Assembly: GCA_038087875.1 (NCBI GenBank)
Contig: CM075998.1
Span: 1,862,001 to 1,926,000, forward strand
DNA: 64,000 bases
Direction of reading: 5' to 3'
Origin: Malacoraja senta
Taxonomy: Eukaryota
The position numbers and the translations under genes are program-made. The notes under the pieces were generated by a model, which did not search any database, was not told the origin of the DNA, and saw only the letters and a list, made by a program, of their open reading frames with translations. Positions 37,327 to 49,829 of the stretch are shown here, piece after piece (the first letter of the stretch is position 1; each line of letters opens with the position of its first letter).

Positions 37327-40098
37327 CTTTAAACCAATGCCCTCTAGTTCTTGAATCACATATCCCAGGAAAAAGACTTTGCATTCACCTCATGGTTTTT
37401 ACTCACCTCTAAAACATTTTTTGCTTTATTTTGAACCTCCAGCACCTGCAGATTTTTGAGCGTGAGAAATTTGTGATCAGTGTGAGAATTTTGTGAAATG
37501 CGTGGCTCTCACGCTCAATGCGTGAGAGTTGGCAGCCCTGAGTATTGGCTTTTAACAATTCTGTTGGCATAATGGGTACATTACTCATGGCATTTTTCAC
37601 AAATTACTGCGAATATACTATTTATGCTGATCACTTGCTGGTTTGTGTTAAATGTAACTTGGTTTACAGCCTGAATTTACATTTGGCATATTTTGTCTAA
37701 GTTTGCAATTGTATACAATGTGGTGTAATCCAATAAACATGACTTAAAGGAGGAGGAGTTCTACTTAACATCTGTATTGTGTATTTACATAAATAATTAG
37801 GAGGTCTGTCAATTAAAAAAAAATCCTCTGGTATGTTAGGAACATATGATCCATTGATAAGAGTCAATGATGTTCAACCTAAGGAGAATTTCAGTGCAAA
37901 GCCTCACACATGGTGCAAATAAATCAAGTAACATGCTGTAATTGCAGAACTATCTTTCAAATGTAATTATATCCAGTTTTTCTGTCAAAGGTAGCACTGT
38001 TCATGTGTTTGCTATACTTAATTTAATTTTCATTGAACTGTTTCTTTTTCCTAACTCTTTTTTGCTGGTTTGGAATTCTCGTCCATTAGTGAGTGCACAT
38101 TGTTAAAAGGATGTGGAGATCACAGCAAGTCCTGGTATTTTTTTTAAATTAAAAAAAAAACTAAAAATACTGGAAATACGCGTAGACAGCATATGTGCAA
38201 TAAGAAACGGTCACTGTTTCAGGCCAGTGACCTTTCGTCAGTACCCAGAATATTAGATGTCATGGTGTTCTCTCTGGCCAATCCCCTTGGTGATCCTTTA
38301 AGTACCCAATGTGCCTTCAGCTTCATATTGTGATTTTTTTTCCTCTCCCCCCCCCCCCCCCCCCCAAAAAAAAACCCCAACTAAACTCTGGTTTAAGCTG
38401 CATTCTGAGAATTGCAATCCACAGGTTTGTTGCATCAACTGGCGTATTCCAGTTTGCTGCCTGATTGAACTACTTTATTCCACTGATAGTTAAGTGAAGC
38501 TCATAGACCTGAGCTGCAGCCTCATTCATTCTTGGAGCAGAAAAAGACTACCAACAACGTTTTGTTAGATGTTTCAAATACAAAGAACTATTTGTTTAGT
38601 CCGTGATTCCCCCCCCCCCCCCCCCAGTGCATTGCCGCGCTCTAAACTCGAGCATATAATGTCAAATGGACTGTTCACAAATATAATGAATGTACTGAAA
38701 ATTTTATTTATTCACTGCTGATAAATGTATTTGCTCCCCTCGTGCAACACCGTTGCATCAGTACGTCCAACTGATGATGTAACAGGCAGTTACTTGTGTA
38801 AATGTTTTTATTTTGCATTTCCTGCCAGTTATCTTCTGAATTTGTGATTTACTTTGGTTGAAAGTAAAGTTTCAAACACACATAGATTTGTTTTTAATGT
38901 AACAGATACTCCACAATTGTTTTTAATTGTTGTTAGACTAATTGGAACAATCTGATCTGTTGCACCATTGCTTAATATTGAACTGGTTATTCAATTGTGT
39001 TTAAGAATGGTTCTTGATGAAGTAACCTTAGCAATGTTTGTGTATCCCTAATTTTATTAACGTTATATTTGCATGCCAAGTGTTCTGCAATTAAATATCA
39101 GAGCAAATGTACAATAAGCTATCTCCTGAATAGGCACACAGATATTAATCCATTCATTCCCTTTGTAAAGTCCTGCAGCTTGGTAGCTTTCGAATGAATT
39201 TGTGGGTCACATTTGTGTTCTGTTGGTCATGCCTGGAAAATGGACCCTAAAGCTTTGGAATTTAGAAATCGTGCCAACACTATCTTCAAAATCAGCTTAT
39301 CAGTATACTGGTTGATGTCAGAAGGCAGTCAATAGAATACTTGCTTGCAATTGGTAAATCATTAATCAACTATTTTAAGCTGCTGAATTTGACATCCATT
39401 AGAACTTTGCATAAAAATAACAGGAGCTTACTAAAAAATGAAAATTGCCCAAGACCTGGTCAAACATCTGGGATTTTTGTTTAAATTCACTTTAATGCTG
39501 TGAACATGTTATTTTGTATCCTTAATTATCCTTCAGAAGGTGATGTTGAACCACAGCTTGAACTGCAAGAAAGGGAATTAGTGATTTTTATGCAGACTTA
39601 TGATCCGGAATGTTATCTGAAAAGTTGTGGAAGCACATTAGCTGTAACAAGAGGTTGGACAAGCTTGGATTGTTTTCTCAGGAGCATCGAAAGCTGAGGG
39701 GAGATCTAATTCACTTGCGTTCAATTGAGTTGGATTAATTTTCCTTGTGTAATGGAGATTATCAACTTAAGTAACGATTTGCAAAGTTTACACATGTACA
39801 GTCCCATGAAAAGTAGGATATACTTTTTTTATCCTCTGTAGACACTTTCTGTCTATAATTGTCTGCTAATTAGACATGGTGAAACCAATTTTCTGTACTT
39901 CAGATGTAAAGTGTTTATGGTTGTCAAAGTTTCTGAACAATAAGTTAAACAAGGTGATTTCCTTTCCCATCTTTATTGGAATTATGAATTCCACCTTTGG
40001 GCCATCATCATTTTGAATTTGTCTAATTCGAAAGAGATGCAGCAATATCTATGACACCAGACATAGTTGCTCGATAATTCAAACTTTGATACAATGTA

Positions 40099-40290
40099 GA
40101 CACAAGGAGCTGTAGATGCTGGTATATCAAGCAAAACTCAGTACTAAAACTCAGTAAACTTAGTGGGTCAGGCAGCATCTCTGGAGGAAATGTACAGTTG
40201 ACATTTTATCTGAAGGGTCCCAACCTGAAATGCAGCCTATCCATATTCTCCAGAGATGCTGCCTGACCTGAGTTACTCTAGCACTTTGTG
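40099..40290. mobile_element. Penelope-derived palindromic insertion
   Basis: Perfect 14-bp flanking direct repeat tttgatacaatgta (40085-40098 / 40291-40304). Confidence 0.8.
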
Positions 40291-41239
40291 TTTGATACAA
40301 TGTATTTGTTAGTGAACACCCGCCCTATAGCTGAGATAAGCATTGCATTCTCTCTGAATGCATTTCTTTTTTTCCCTGAGGGGTAGGGGTGGAGAGAGGG
40401 TGAACTACTATATAAGATGCACGAGTCCCAATGTATTTCCTAAGAGAGCAAGAATAAAAGTTGAAAAAGAATAAAAGAGCAAGCATAAGAGTTGAATAAA
40501 AGGGTATCAACTGTGCTTCAGTGGTAGTACTCTGGCCTCTGAACCAGAAGGTTCTTGGTTAAATTCCTCCAAGTATTAGCAAATAATCAAGGCTAATAGT
40601 ATTGAGGGAGTACTGAAATAAAATCATGTTGGAAGCACTCAGCAGATCAGGTGGCATCTATGCAAAAACAAAGTTTCCAGGTCCAAAAAGGTACTTTGAA
40701 ATGAAGGGAGTGCTGTTCTTCAAATATCATGTTATGTCTTGTCTGATACAGAAAATCATTAAACCAGTGTTGTGCTGGCTGCAGAGACCAGTTCAAAGCA
40801 AAAACAATATAAACAGGAGCAGCTTGAATTTCTTTGGAGATTTGATTGCTGTCCAGTTGCCATGGACTCCGAGGGCCAAAACACCATTCCAGGCACGATG
40901 TAAGCTACTTGTCCTTGTCCAAGTGTTTTGCATCAATTATCATGCTGATAATCAAATATGGGGCACATCCAAATGGACATAAATATTGAATTTAATTTGA
41001 TTTAATCAGACAAAAAAAGGTTGGTTCTGTTGTAAAATTTGGGCTGAAATTGGAAAGGATAATGTGAGAATAAGCTGTAAATATGTAAGCATTGCACAAA
41101 GCTTGCTCAAAAAGCTCAACTTAAAGGCGACCAACACGATTAATTTCAAAATGGTTGAAACGTGGGTTAAAGCACAACAAAGTTGCAGGAGTATGCTACC
41201 TGGCCCTTTGAATCTCTGGGGGGAGTAGTGGATGATGAA

Positions 41240-42095
41240 AAAGATTATCAAAGATAATGGCAGGGTCTGGATGGCTGGGGAGGTAGGCCAAGGAATAGCA
41301 GGTGGAATTTAACTCTGGCAAGTGCAAGGTGTTGCGTTTTGGTAAGTTAAATCAGTGCAGAACTTGGACAGTAAATGGTAGGGGACTGGAGAATATTGTA
41401 CAATGGAGAGACCAGGGGCTACAGGTACACAGATCCCTGAAAGTGGCACAATGGGTAGAAAAGGTGGCCAAGATGGCATTTGGCACACTTGCCTTCATCT
41501 TTCAGGGCATTGATTCCAGGTGCTGGGACATCATGTTACGAGTGTACAAGTGGCTGGTGACTTCACACTTGGAGTGTTGTGTAGTTTTGGTCACCGTACA
41601 ATAGGAAAAATGTCATTAAGCTGGAAAGGATGCAGAAAAAGATTTACAAGGGTGTTACTGGGACTGGTGAACTTGGAGTTATAAGGATAGGCTTGGACTC
41701 TTTTTCCTGGAGCGTAGGATAATGAACAATGACCTTTTATAGAGATATACATAAAGTCATAAGGCATGGTTAAAGTGAATGGTCAGTCTTTTTCCCAGAG
41801 TTGGGGAGTCAAACTAGAGGGCATAGATTTAAGGTGACGGGAAAGATTTAAAAAAGGAACTGAGGTGTAACTTGTTCACGTAGGATGGTATGTATATGGA
41901 ACGAGCTGCCAGAGGAAACAGTAGTGGGTACAATTACAACATTTAAAATACTTTTAGACGGGTATATTTATACAAAAGGTTTGGATAGATACGGGCCAAA
42001 AGTAGGCAAATGGGATTAGCTCAGATAGACATCTTAGTTGGCAAGGACTAATTGGGCCAAAGAGCTGGTTCTGTGCTGTATAACTCTGACTCTAT
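41240..42095 (+). mobile_element. Decayed CR1-like LINE 3' portion
   Basis: EFNSGKCKVLRFG...AFGTLAFI...HLECCV, followed by a CR1 3' UTR. Confidence 0.85.
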
Positions 42096-44229
42096 CAGGT
42101 GATGCCAATTGTGACTCTTGGGTGTGAGTTCAAGTTCCACTAAGTGGACTTGAACATAAAAGATACTCCAGTGCAATATTAAGGGAGTGTTATATTGTTA
42201 GAGTTATGGTCTTTCAGATAAGGTGATAACCCAAAGGTATGGAGTGGGAGGGGTGGTGGAATTGAGAGCTAATGAAAAGGATACGCCATTTGGGGAAGGA
42301 GAGCCGGGTAGGTTGTGGGGGGACTGAAGGAGGGAAGATTATCAAGATGGTGCAGTTCAAACGAGGGAGGCAGAAAAAAGGGTGTGATCAGATTTTTTTT
42401 GTGGGGCAGAGCCTGATCTCCAATCTTGGACTTACTTGCCATTGAACCAGGGTTCAGAAAAGACAACGTGATGGCTGGTGTGCAAGGACCACCCTATGTT
42501 TAAAAAAAACAACACATGGGCATCTCTGCTCTTCTGAACTGGGGTAGAAACAAGTCATCGTCTATTCCAAGCGTCTGCCTGAGATGTGGAAGGATGACAC
42601 TCATGAACTTAAGGCTCCGTGCCAGTATTTTGAAGAACAGTAAAGAAATGCTGCATCTGTTCACCAAGACAATATTTATCTCTTGACATAATTAAAATTG
42701 GTCCTTTTTTTCAGTTGTTTTGGGGGCCTCCTGTGTTTAGTTTGGCTGCGTCATTTTCTACATCACAGCAATAATTAGACTTGCTGGTGCATTGATACAA
42801 AACTATAAATTAAAGTCTTTTATGTAGAGTAGATAATGATTAGGGTTTAAATATCTATCACATGGAATACATTAGCGACAATCAGAGACTCCAGCTATTG
42901 AATGCGTTTTGTAACTTGGAAACTATTTTTAAGTATTTTAAAAAAAAAGTGATTTTCTGGTTCGGCAGTCTTGCTTGAATTGTGCCAGATGTGGGAAATT
43001 GCTTCCTTATTTCAGTCTAATATTCTTTCCATTAAAAATGTGCAAATGAGCCAGACATTGTACAAACTATTATGAGCACTACAACAAAACACAATGACAT
43101 CAGCGGATTTGATGTGTATCGGTGGGTTTTAATACTCCTTTATCAACAAAACCAACAAAAATGTTAAGGAGATTTCTCCGACTTGGCTAAATAATAGCTG
43201 ATTTCTTGGGTTCATTCGGGTTGTGGGTACTTATCAAAGTGCATGGTAGGTTTGAGTTGAATGATTGCTTGAACCAAATGGGAACATTTTAAATTGATTG
43301 GGAATAATTGAATAATCTTTCTCTGATGTTTGCATGACAGGATTGTGATGATGAAACAGGAAGGAGACTGAAATGGGAATCTTGTGTCTAGTGTGGAGGT
43401 AGCTCGTCTGGTCCAAAATGGATAGTAATCTCTCCTGTAGTATATTAAATTAGTGTGCCCTATAAGATTAGATTAACATTGTCACACGAGGCAAGTTTAA
43501 GTGAGATGTGTGTGTATATATATATATATATTTTTTTTCCTTTTACTTGTCCGAGTGGTGGGCTTCCATTTTAGTGTGCTCTTGTATTGTGGTCCAATGT
43601 CAATTCCACAAGCCTTGCAACCTTGTTTTTCTCCCCCCAACTGGCCATTACAAAATCTGTGGGAAATTGATGTGGCTGTTTCCAGTGGTGATTGCATCCG
43701 CATGCTGTTTCTGTGGTTCCCTGAAATGAATTCTGACACCTGTTGCTGCAAATTAAGCTGTCATTCACCAATGACTGCGGGATCTTTTTGTATGTTCACC
43801 AGAGATTCTAATCTTGTGTGTTGTGTTTTTCCTTTCATCTCAAATCTGTCGTCATTGTGCTGGAGCAAGAATGTGGAATCTCAGGTGAACGGCAATTGGT
43901 CAATATAATCAGAGGATTGTCTCCGATCATTTTTCAATTAATCAGCTACACTAGAAAATGAAAAGAGCGAATTTCTTTTTTAAAGGGGAAGCGGAAATTT
44001 GGAAAGATTTTAGGAAGTTAATTTCAATCTTAAGTATGTCCCCCTGACAACTAAAAAGCCAAGAGGATGCAGATCATGAAAAGGAAGCCTTGGAGAGAGT
44101 TTGAGACATTGCATAGCAAAATACCATGGGCGGGATGTGGGAACCACACAGGAATCCACACTCATAACATCTTGTCACGAGGAGCCTGAAGGGTATACAT
44201 TTAATTGCTTGTACAAAACATACCAGACA

Positions 44230-45030
44230 GATGCCACTAACATTGGTGGAAGCGTAGATAGTGAAGGCTGTCGAAGGATACATTAGGACCTGGATCAGAA
44301 GATTGTCCAAAGATGCAGTGGGGCATAGATCAGCCTGAAACACAGGTGCAGCGATAGCAGGTGGAATTTAACCCAGACAAGTGTGGATTAATGCATTTGT
44401 GAAGTCAAATACTAGTAGGGCATGGAGTAAATGGCAGGGACCTTAGTGTACAGAGTCCTTGAGGTGCAAGTCCATAACTTGCTGAAAGTGACAACACCTG
44501 GACAGCTTAGTAAAGAAGGCATTTGGCATGCTTACACTCATAGAACAAGGCATTGAGTACAAGAATTGGGATGTGGTGCAGCCAGTTGTACTGCATTTGG
44601 AGTACAGTTCTGATTGCCACACTTCAAGATGTGGTAGTAATCAAGAGAGTGCCAAGAGATTCATCAGGATGTTCCTGGGAATGGAGGGCTGTAGTTATAT
44701 GGGGAGATTGCATAAATTGGGTTTATTGGCACTGGGTCACAAGAGGCTGAGGCGTGACCTCGTAGAGGTTTATGAAATTGAGGGGCATAGGATATATATT
44801 CAGAATTCCCCCCCCCCAGGGCAGGAACACCTAGAACTAGACGGCACAGGTTTTGGGTGAAAGAAAATTAAAGGAGATTCTGAGGGGCAGTTCCATAGGT
44901 TATTCAGAACAAGCTACCAGAGGAGGTGATGGGGGCAGATGGTGCAATGTTGAAACGGTATTTGGATGAGTACCTGGACAAGAAAGGTGTAATTGGGGTA
45001 CAGGTCCAATGTGGGCAAATGCGATTAGCG
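44230..45030 (+). mobile_element. Decayed CR1-like LINE 3' portion
   Basis: GIEYKNWDV...LHLEY...RLRRDLVEVY motifs with frameshifts. Confidence 0.8.
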
Positions 45031-45059
45031 TAGCTATGCAAGGCGATATGCAACGCCTC

Positions 45060-45360
45060 CGTTGCCATGCTGTGAGAACAGAGAGGTTGAGAAGGAGTTT
45101 CTTCCCAGAGGCCATTAGGACTGTAAACTCCTATCTCACCGGGGACTAACTTTACTGGACCATTCTACTGTTTTTTTTAAATTGCTGTTTTTTTTCCTTC
45201 CGCCCACAATATTTAATATGTGAAAGAATATGTGATTCTATTCTTCCATTCTGTTTGTAGTTTGTTTGGTTTTTTTGCACAAAGTCCGCGAGCATTGCCA
45301 CTTTTCATTTCACTGCACATCTCGTATGTGTATGTGACAAATAAACTTGACTTGACTTGA
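45060..45360 (+). mobile_element. Rex1/Babar-like LINE 3' end with (GACTT)n tail
   Basis: gagaaggagtttcttcccagaggccattagg (RRSFFP.AIR), AATAAA, then cttgacttgacttga. Confidence 0.7.
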
Positions 45361-46553
45361 TCGGTATGGATGAGGTGGGGCAGAATGTCTCCTTTGTGCT
45401 GTATGTTTCCCTGCCTTTGCCACTGCCATGTGGATACTCTTACTGCTCCATGCCGGTCGGTGCAAGCAGACATTGTTCAGTGGATACACTTGAGAGGTGC
45501 ATCCGTTGTAGGACAAACTGATATTTTGCAGCAGCGGAGAAGTGCAAACCTGAAAGCAGCTACGAGTGAGCAATTCCTTGGTGTGGGCATGGGTGTGGCG
45601 AGTTTAGCAGCAGCCTGCTCGATCTCTTTTAAGTCTCAGTCAAAGAGCAGAGCAGGGACATGTTGACCTTCCTCTAGGTTTTAACTAGAAGTGGCTTTCG
45701 CTCTGTCTTTGCACCTGTGTCTTTGTAAGGTGGTTGCAGTCTTGGCACAGTTCTGTGTGAGCAGTGGAAGATCACTCTTGTCATGCTGTATGCATGATTG
45801 CTTCTAGGAAATGTATTTGTGCAAATATATGCCTTTAATAAACTTTGAACTGTAAGGTGCATTTAAAAATAAATGCACCCAGGGATCAACAAAATTGCAT
45901 TTTCAGCACACTGGCAGAACTCGAGCAGCTGCTTCTGCGGCTGCATGTGTTTCCATAACATTAATTGGTTATAATGCAGCTGATGAATTGGGGAACACTA
46001 TTTGTATTATGCAGGCTGAATTCGATCCTGAACTAGAGAACCACTGAAAGTTATTTTGGAAGTCAACAAACAAAAAGTAAGTTGTCGTGGCGGGGGAGAA
46101 AAAAATCGGTGTTGGAAGAAAACCCGCTTTACAGGTAACCTCCCTGCAGTAATCAGCCACGATTGCCTCTTAAGAACACAGCTGCTAGTGTCACCACGAG
46201 AGGCCATTGAAATTGGCATTGGAATTATTATCACACGCATGCTATCCAGGTGAAAAGCATTCTTTGATTACAATCAGTATGCGCGTATCACATGTAGTGC
46301 CAAGTGAAAGGAAACCCTGCAGGATAAAGTGTTGCAGTTACAAAGAGGGTGCAGATTTTAAAAGTATGCTCCGCAATGAGGAAGATTGGAGGGTTGGTCA
46401 TGCATCCCTTAGCTGCTGAGGTCCGTTGAAGATTGTGATGATTGGCAGAAGCTGTCCTTGAATCTGATTTTGTGTTTTTTAGCTTTTGTATCTTTTACCT
46501 GACAGGAGAAGGGAGAAGAGAGAATGACTAGGGTGTGAATAGTCCTTGATTAT

Positions 46554-47148
46554 AGACACACAATTCTGCAGAAACTCAGCAAGCCAGGCGATATCTCTGG
46601 AGAGAGGGAATGGGTGACGTTTCGGGTCGAGCAGTAGCATCTCAACCCGAAAAGCACCCATTCCCTCTCCAGAGATGCTGCCTGTCCTGCTGGGTTTCTC
46701 CAGCATTTTGTGCCTTATCTTTGATGTAAATCAGCATCTGCAGTAACTTGTCGCGGGGTTGGAACGACCCGGAGCGGGGCTGTAAATCGCCTGGCGCGGC
46801 TTAATGGCCGCGGGACATTCCAGCGCCCGCCGGGGGCTCCAACTTGGTGACTTTTGGGCCCGGAGCGAGGCCGTATACCGCCCAGCGCGGCCTCAACGGC
46901 CGTGGGACTTAACATTGCCCGCCTGGGGCTTCAACATCGGGAGAAGGATGGTGCAGGGGAGAGAAAAGACTTTGCCTTCCATCACAGTGAGGAGGAGATT
47001 CACTGTGATGGATGTTTTTCTGTGGATTGAATTGTTTGTGTGTCGTGTAGGAACTGTTTTGTTTTGTTTGACTGCAGAAACCAAATTTCGTTTGAACTTC
47101 ATTTGAGGTTCAAATGACAATAAATGGTATTGTATTGTATTCCTACAC
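46554..47148. mobile_element. Penelope-derived palindrome, itself interrupted at 46750-47141
   Basis: TSD agtccttgattat (46541-46553 / 47149-47161). The tail ctgcagtaactt...cctacac is split by the GC-rich element. Confidence 0.75.
46750..47141 (+). mobile_element. CpG-rich retroposon 3' fragment with (GTATT)n tail (family unassigned)
   Basis: CpG-rich body, hairpin tttgaacttcatttgaggttcaaa, AATAAA, then (gtatt)3. Confidence 0.6.
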
Positions 47149-47549
47149 AGTCCTTGATTATGTTGGTTGCTTTCCTGAGGCACCGTTAATTGTAGGGGGA
47201 GGGGTTGGCTTGGAGTGTGTGATGGACGGGGCTGTGTCCACGACTCTCTGCAATTTTTTTGTGGTCTTTGGCAGAGCAGTTGCCGTACCAAGCTGTGATG
47301 CGTTGTGGTATGATGCTTTTGATGGAAATTGGTCAGAAACATTTGAGACATACCAGATTTCCTTAGTTTTCTGAGGAAGTAGAGGTGTCGGTGTACTTCC
47401 TTGGCCATAGTATCAATCTGTTTGGACCAGGTCAAATTGGTCATAGTGAATCTGAAACTCTAATCCTTGTTCCCCGTGACATAATTGTTTTTATAATACC
47501 ATTTTCTTTAATGCACATTTTCATACGAACGTAACAATCACATTATAGC

Positions 47550-47635
47550 TCTCCTTCGCTCCATAGATGCTGCCTCACCCACTGAGTTTCGCCAGCATTT
47601 TTGTTTACCTTCGATTTTCTGCAGTTCCTTCTTAA
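47550..47635 (+). mobile_element. Penelope-derived short repeat
   Basis: Direct repeat acattatagc (47540-47549 / 47636-47645). Confidence 0.7.
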
Positions 47636-47656
47636 ACATTATAGCAGAACTACCTA

Positions 47657-48312
47657 AGGTACACAAAAATGCTGGAGAAACTCAGCGGGTGCAGCAGCAT
47701 CTATGGAGCGAAGGAAATGGGCAACGTTTCGGGCCGAAACCCTTCTTCAGACTGATAGGGGGTGGGGAGAAGAAAGGAAAAAAGGAAAAAGGCGGAGGAG
47801 GAGCCTGAGGGCTGGGTGAGGGGAGGAGACAACCAGAGGGCTGATGAAGGGGAGGGGACAGCAAGGGCTAGCAGAATTGGGAGAATTCAATGTTCAAGCC
47901 CCCAGGATGTAGACTGCCCAAGCGGAATATGAGGTGCATTTCCTCCAATTTACGGTGTTGCTCGCTGTGGCCATGGAGGAGACCCAGGACAGAGGTCAGA
48001 TACGGAATGGGAGGGGGAGTTGAAGTGCTGAGCCACCGGGAGGTCAAGTTGGTTAATGCGGACCGACCGGAGGTGTTCGGCGAAACGATCGCCAAGCCTC
48101 CGCTTGGTCTCACCGATGTAGATTAGCTGGCATCTAGAGCAGCGGATGCAATAGATGAGGTTGGAGGAGATGCAGGTGAACCTCTGTCGCACCTGGAACG
48201 ACTGCTTGGGTCCTTGAATGGAGTCGAGGGGGGAGGTGAAGGGACAAGTGTTGCATCTCTTGCGGTTGCAAGGGAAAGTACCAGGGGAGGGGGTGGTATG
48301 GGAGGGAAGGGA
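47657..48312 (-). mobile_element. 5'-truncated Penelope-like element: GIY-YIG endonuclease fragment plus 3' pLTR
   Basis: FTCISSNLIYCIRCSRCQLIYIGETKRRLGDRFAEH...VAQHF, frameshift, then RKLEEMHLIFRLGSLHPGGLN. The 3' end is the short repeat unit. TSD agaa(c/t)taccta (47646-47656 / 48313-48323). Confidence 0.9.
47723..47750 (-). ncRNA. Minimal type I hammerhead-like core in Penelope pLTR
   Basis: CUGAAGA-A-GGGUU(UC)GGCCC-GAAAC-GUU. Stem I is not obviously formed. Confidence 0.5.
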
Positions 48313-48347
48313 AGAATTACCTATATGTACTTAAGGTAGATAACATA

Positions 48348-48470
48348 GTCTGAAGAAGGGTCTCAACCCGAAATGTCACCCATTCCTTCTCTCCAGAGAT
48401 GCTGCCTGTCCTGCTGAGTTCAGCATTTTGTGTCATCTGTTTAAACCAGCATCTGCAGTTCCTTCCTACC
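48348..48470 (+). mobile_element. Penelope-derived short repeat (single arm)
   Basis: agtctgaagaagggtctcaacccgaaatgtcacccattcc... Confidence 0.75.
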
Positions 48471-49035
48471 TATGTGGACTTGTTTTTCCACTTTCCATCA
48501 TCAATCCTGCCAGCTCTTGCATTCCTTCCGTAATTGTGTTAAGTAATTTTTGCCAGTCTGACAGAGCTGATTGTATCTACCCTAAAGCTTAATGCCATTA
48601 CCATTGTTCAAAAAAATACTGACCTCTGACATCTCAATAAAAGGTGATTGTTAATAGCACTTACGATCTCTAAATCTCAAACTAAATAAGCACAGTGAAG
48701 AACTTGAATTATTTATAGCCACAGTACATTTTAATGGTTCTGGTAGCAGTGGGGCTTGCTGTGCAGGTGTTATAAGCACGGTATAAGTCCAGTTGCTGAG
48801 AGATTTGAAGATTTTTATGGCTGAAACAGGATGCTTGGATATAGCAGCTGTGATTCTGCTCTAAAAAGATTAAAAGTTCAGTTGGAATTTGGTAGAATTT
48901 ATTTTTTTAGCAAGACAGTATGTCTGAATAATGTTTATAATGTCAAGACTCTGCTTATGTCTCCAAGTTAAAACCGCTTGACGGATTTTAACAGTTTGAC
49001 TTGTAAAATTTATTTGCTGCATAATTAATCATGGA

Positions 49036-49170
49036 AATTGCAACCTTCACGTGGTCCGCCATGTTTCGACGAATGCAATCAACCTGGTGTGCACAATCAA
49101 ATAAGATCAAATAGAACAAGTTGTCCTACAACTTTAGGCTGTGCACGCCATACGCAAGAAGAAGAAGAAG
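49036..49170 (+). mobile_element. Second copy of the ribozyme-headed (GAA)n-tailed short retroelement, about 10 nt 5'-truncated
   Basis: 9-bp TSD aatcatgga (49027-49035 / 49171-49179). Retains acc-ttcacgt-ggt-ccgccat-gt-ttcga-cgaa-tgcaatc with the candidate catalytic C at 49070. Confidence 0.8.
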
Positions 49171-49829
49171 AATCATGGATGCAAAAGGGTCTCCAGAGCT
49201 TTTGGGAAGTTTTTAATTTAAGACTTAATTTTGAGATTACTAAGAAAAACAATGGCTGAACAGCTTTACTGAAGAGTGCTCTCTTTTGGCCACTGAACAA
49301 TCCATATTGGATCCCATTGTGCTGAGTAAAGCGGTGTGGTGGGATCCAATTTCTAGGCCATAGTTTTTTCAAATCTTCTGTATCAGCTGATGAGGTGAGA
49401 ATTGTATTTTCTTGTTGCATGCATTTAAACTGAAATGGTAATTTTGTGTCGCAAGGCCTTGAATAGCTCCGTGGCATCTACAGATAACATTTTCACCTTT
49501 TTCTGAAACCTAACTATATTTGGAATAGTGTAGTTTCGGACAAGATGGTGGGGAACTCGGCATTGATAATGTCAATAATTTTTTTCCTCTTTCCTTTTTG
49601 AAATATAATGTGTGAATTGCCCTACATTTCATAAAATAAGTATCCTGAGCTATTTCACAATTGGTGACATAATGTGCTCCTTAGCTCACTCGGCCAAGAT
49701 GATCCAGTTACCTCAAACAAGGTCTTAAATGTTCCTTTCATTTGCTGGAGGTGTTCTTGATCTTCAGGAATTTGCCAATAAGTAGCTGCTGCTACACAAA
49801 CTCAACTTTCACTTCCTTCATTCAAAGAC

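Larger units (their letters stand above)
35628..37540. mobile_element. Non-autonomous DNA transposon (hAT-like TIRs) hosting several later insertions
   Basis: TIRs cagggctgctaac / gttggcagccctg (12/13). Direct repeat agtattg (35621-35627 / 37541-37547). Subterminal gtgaga repeats at both ends. Confidence 0.65.
46440..47460 (-). mobile_element. Rex1/Babar-like LINE fragment (46440-46553 and 47149-47460) with two nested insertions
   Basis: TNLTWSKQID..AKEVHRHLYFLRKLRK and IIKDYSHPSHSLFSLLLSGKRYKS. Split at the 13-bp duplication agtccttgattat. Confidence 0.75.

Noticed and set aside
36911..37334. 8-bp TSD ctttaaac around the GC-rich hAT fragment
   Set aside because: The host CR1 tail natively has two taaacc motifs about 150 bp apart and the left TIR is missing. 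A deletion explains the pattern better.
38348..38625. Poly-C tracts as functional G-quadruplex elements
   Set aside because: They are simple homopolymers with no supporting context, and their lengths are assembly-sensitive.
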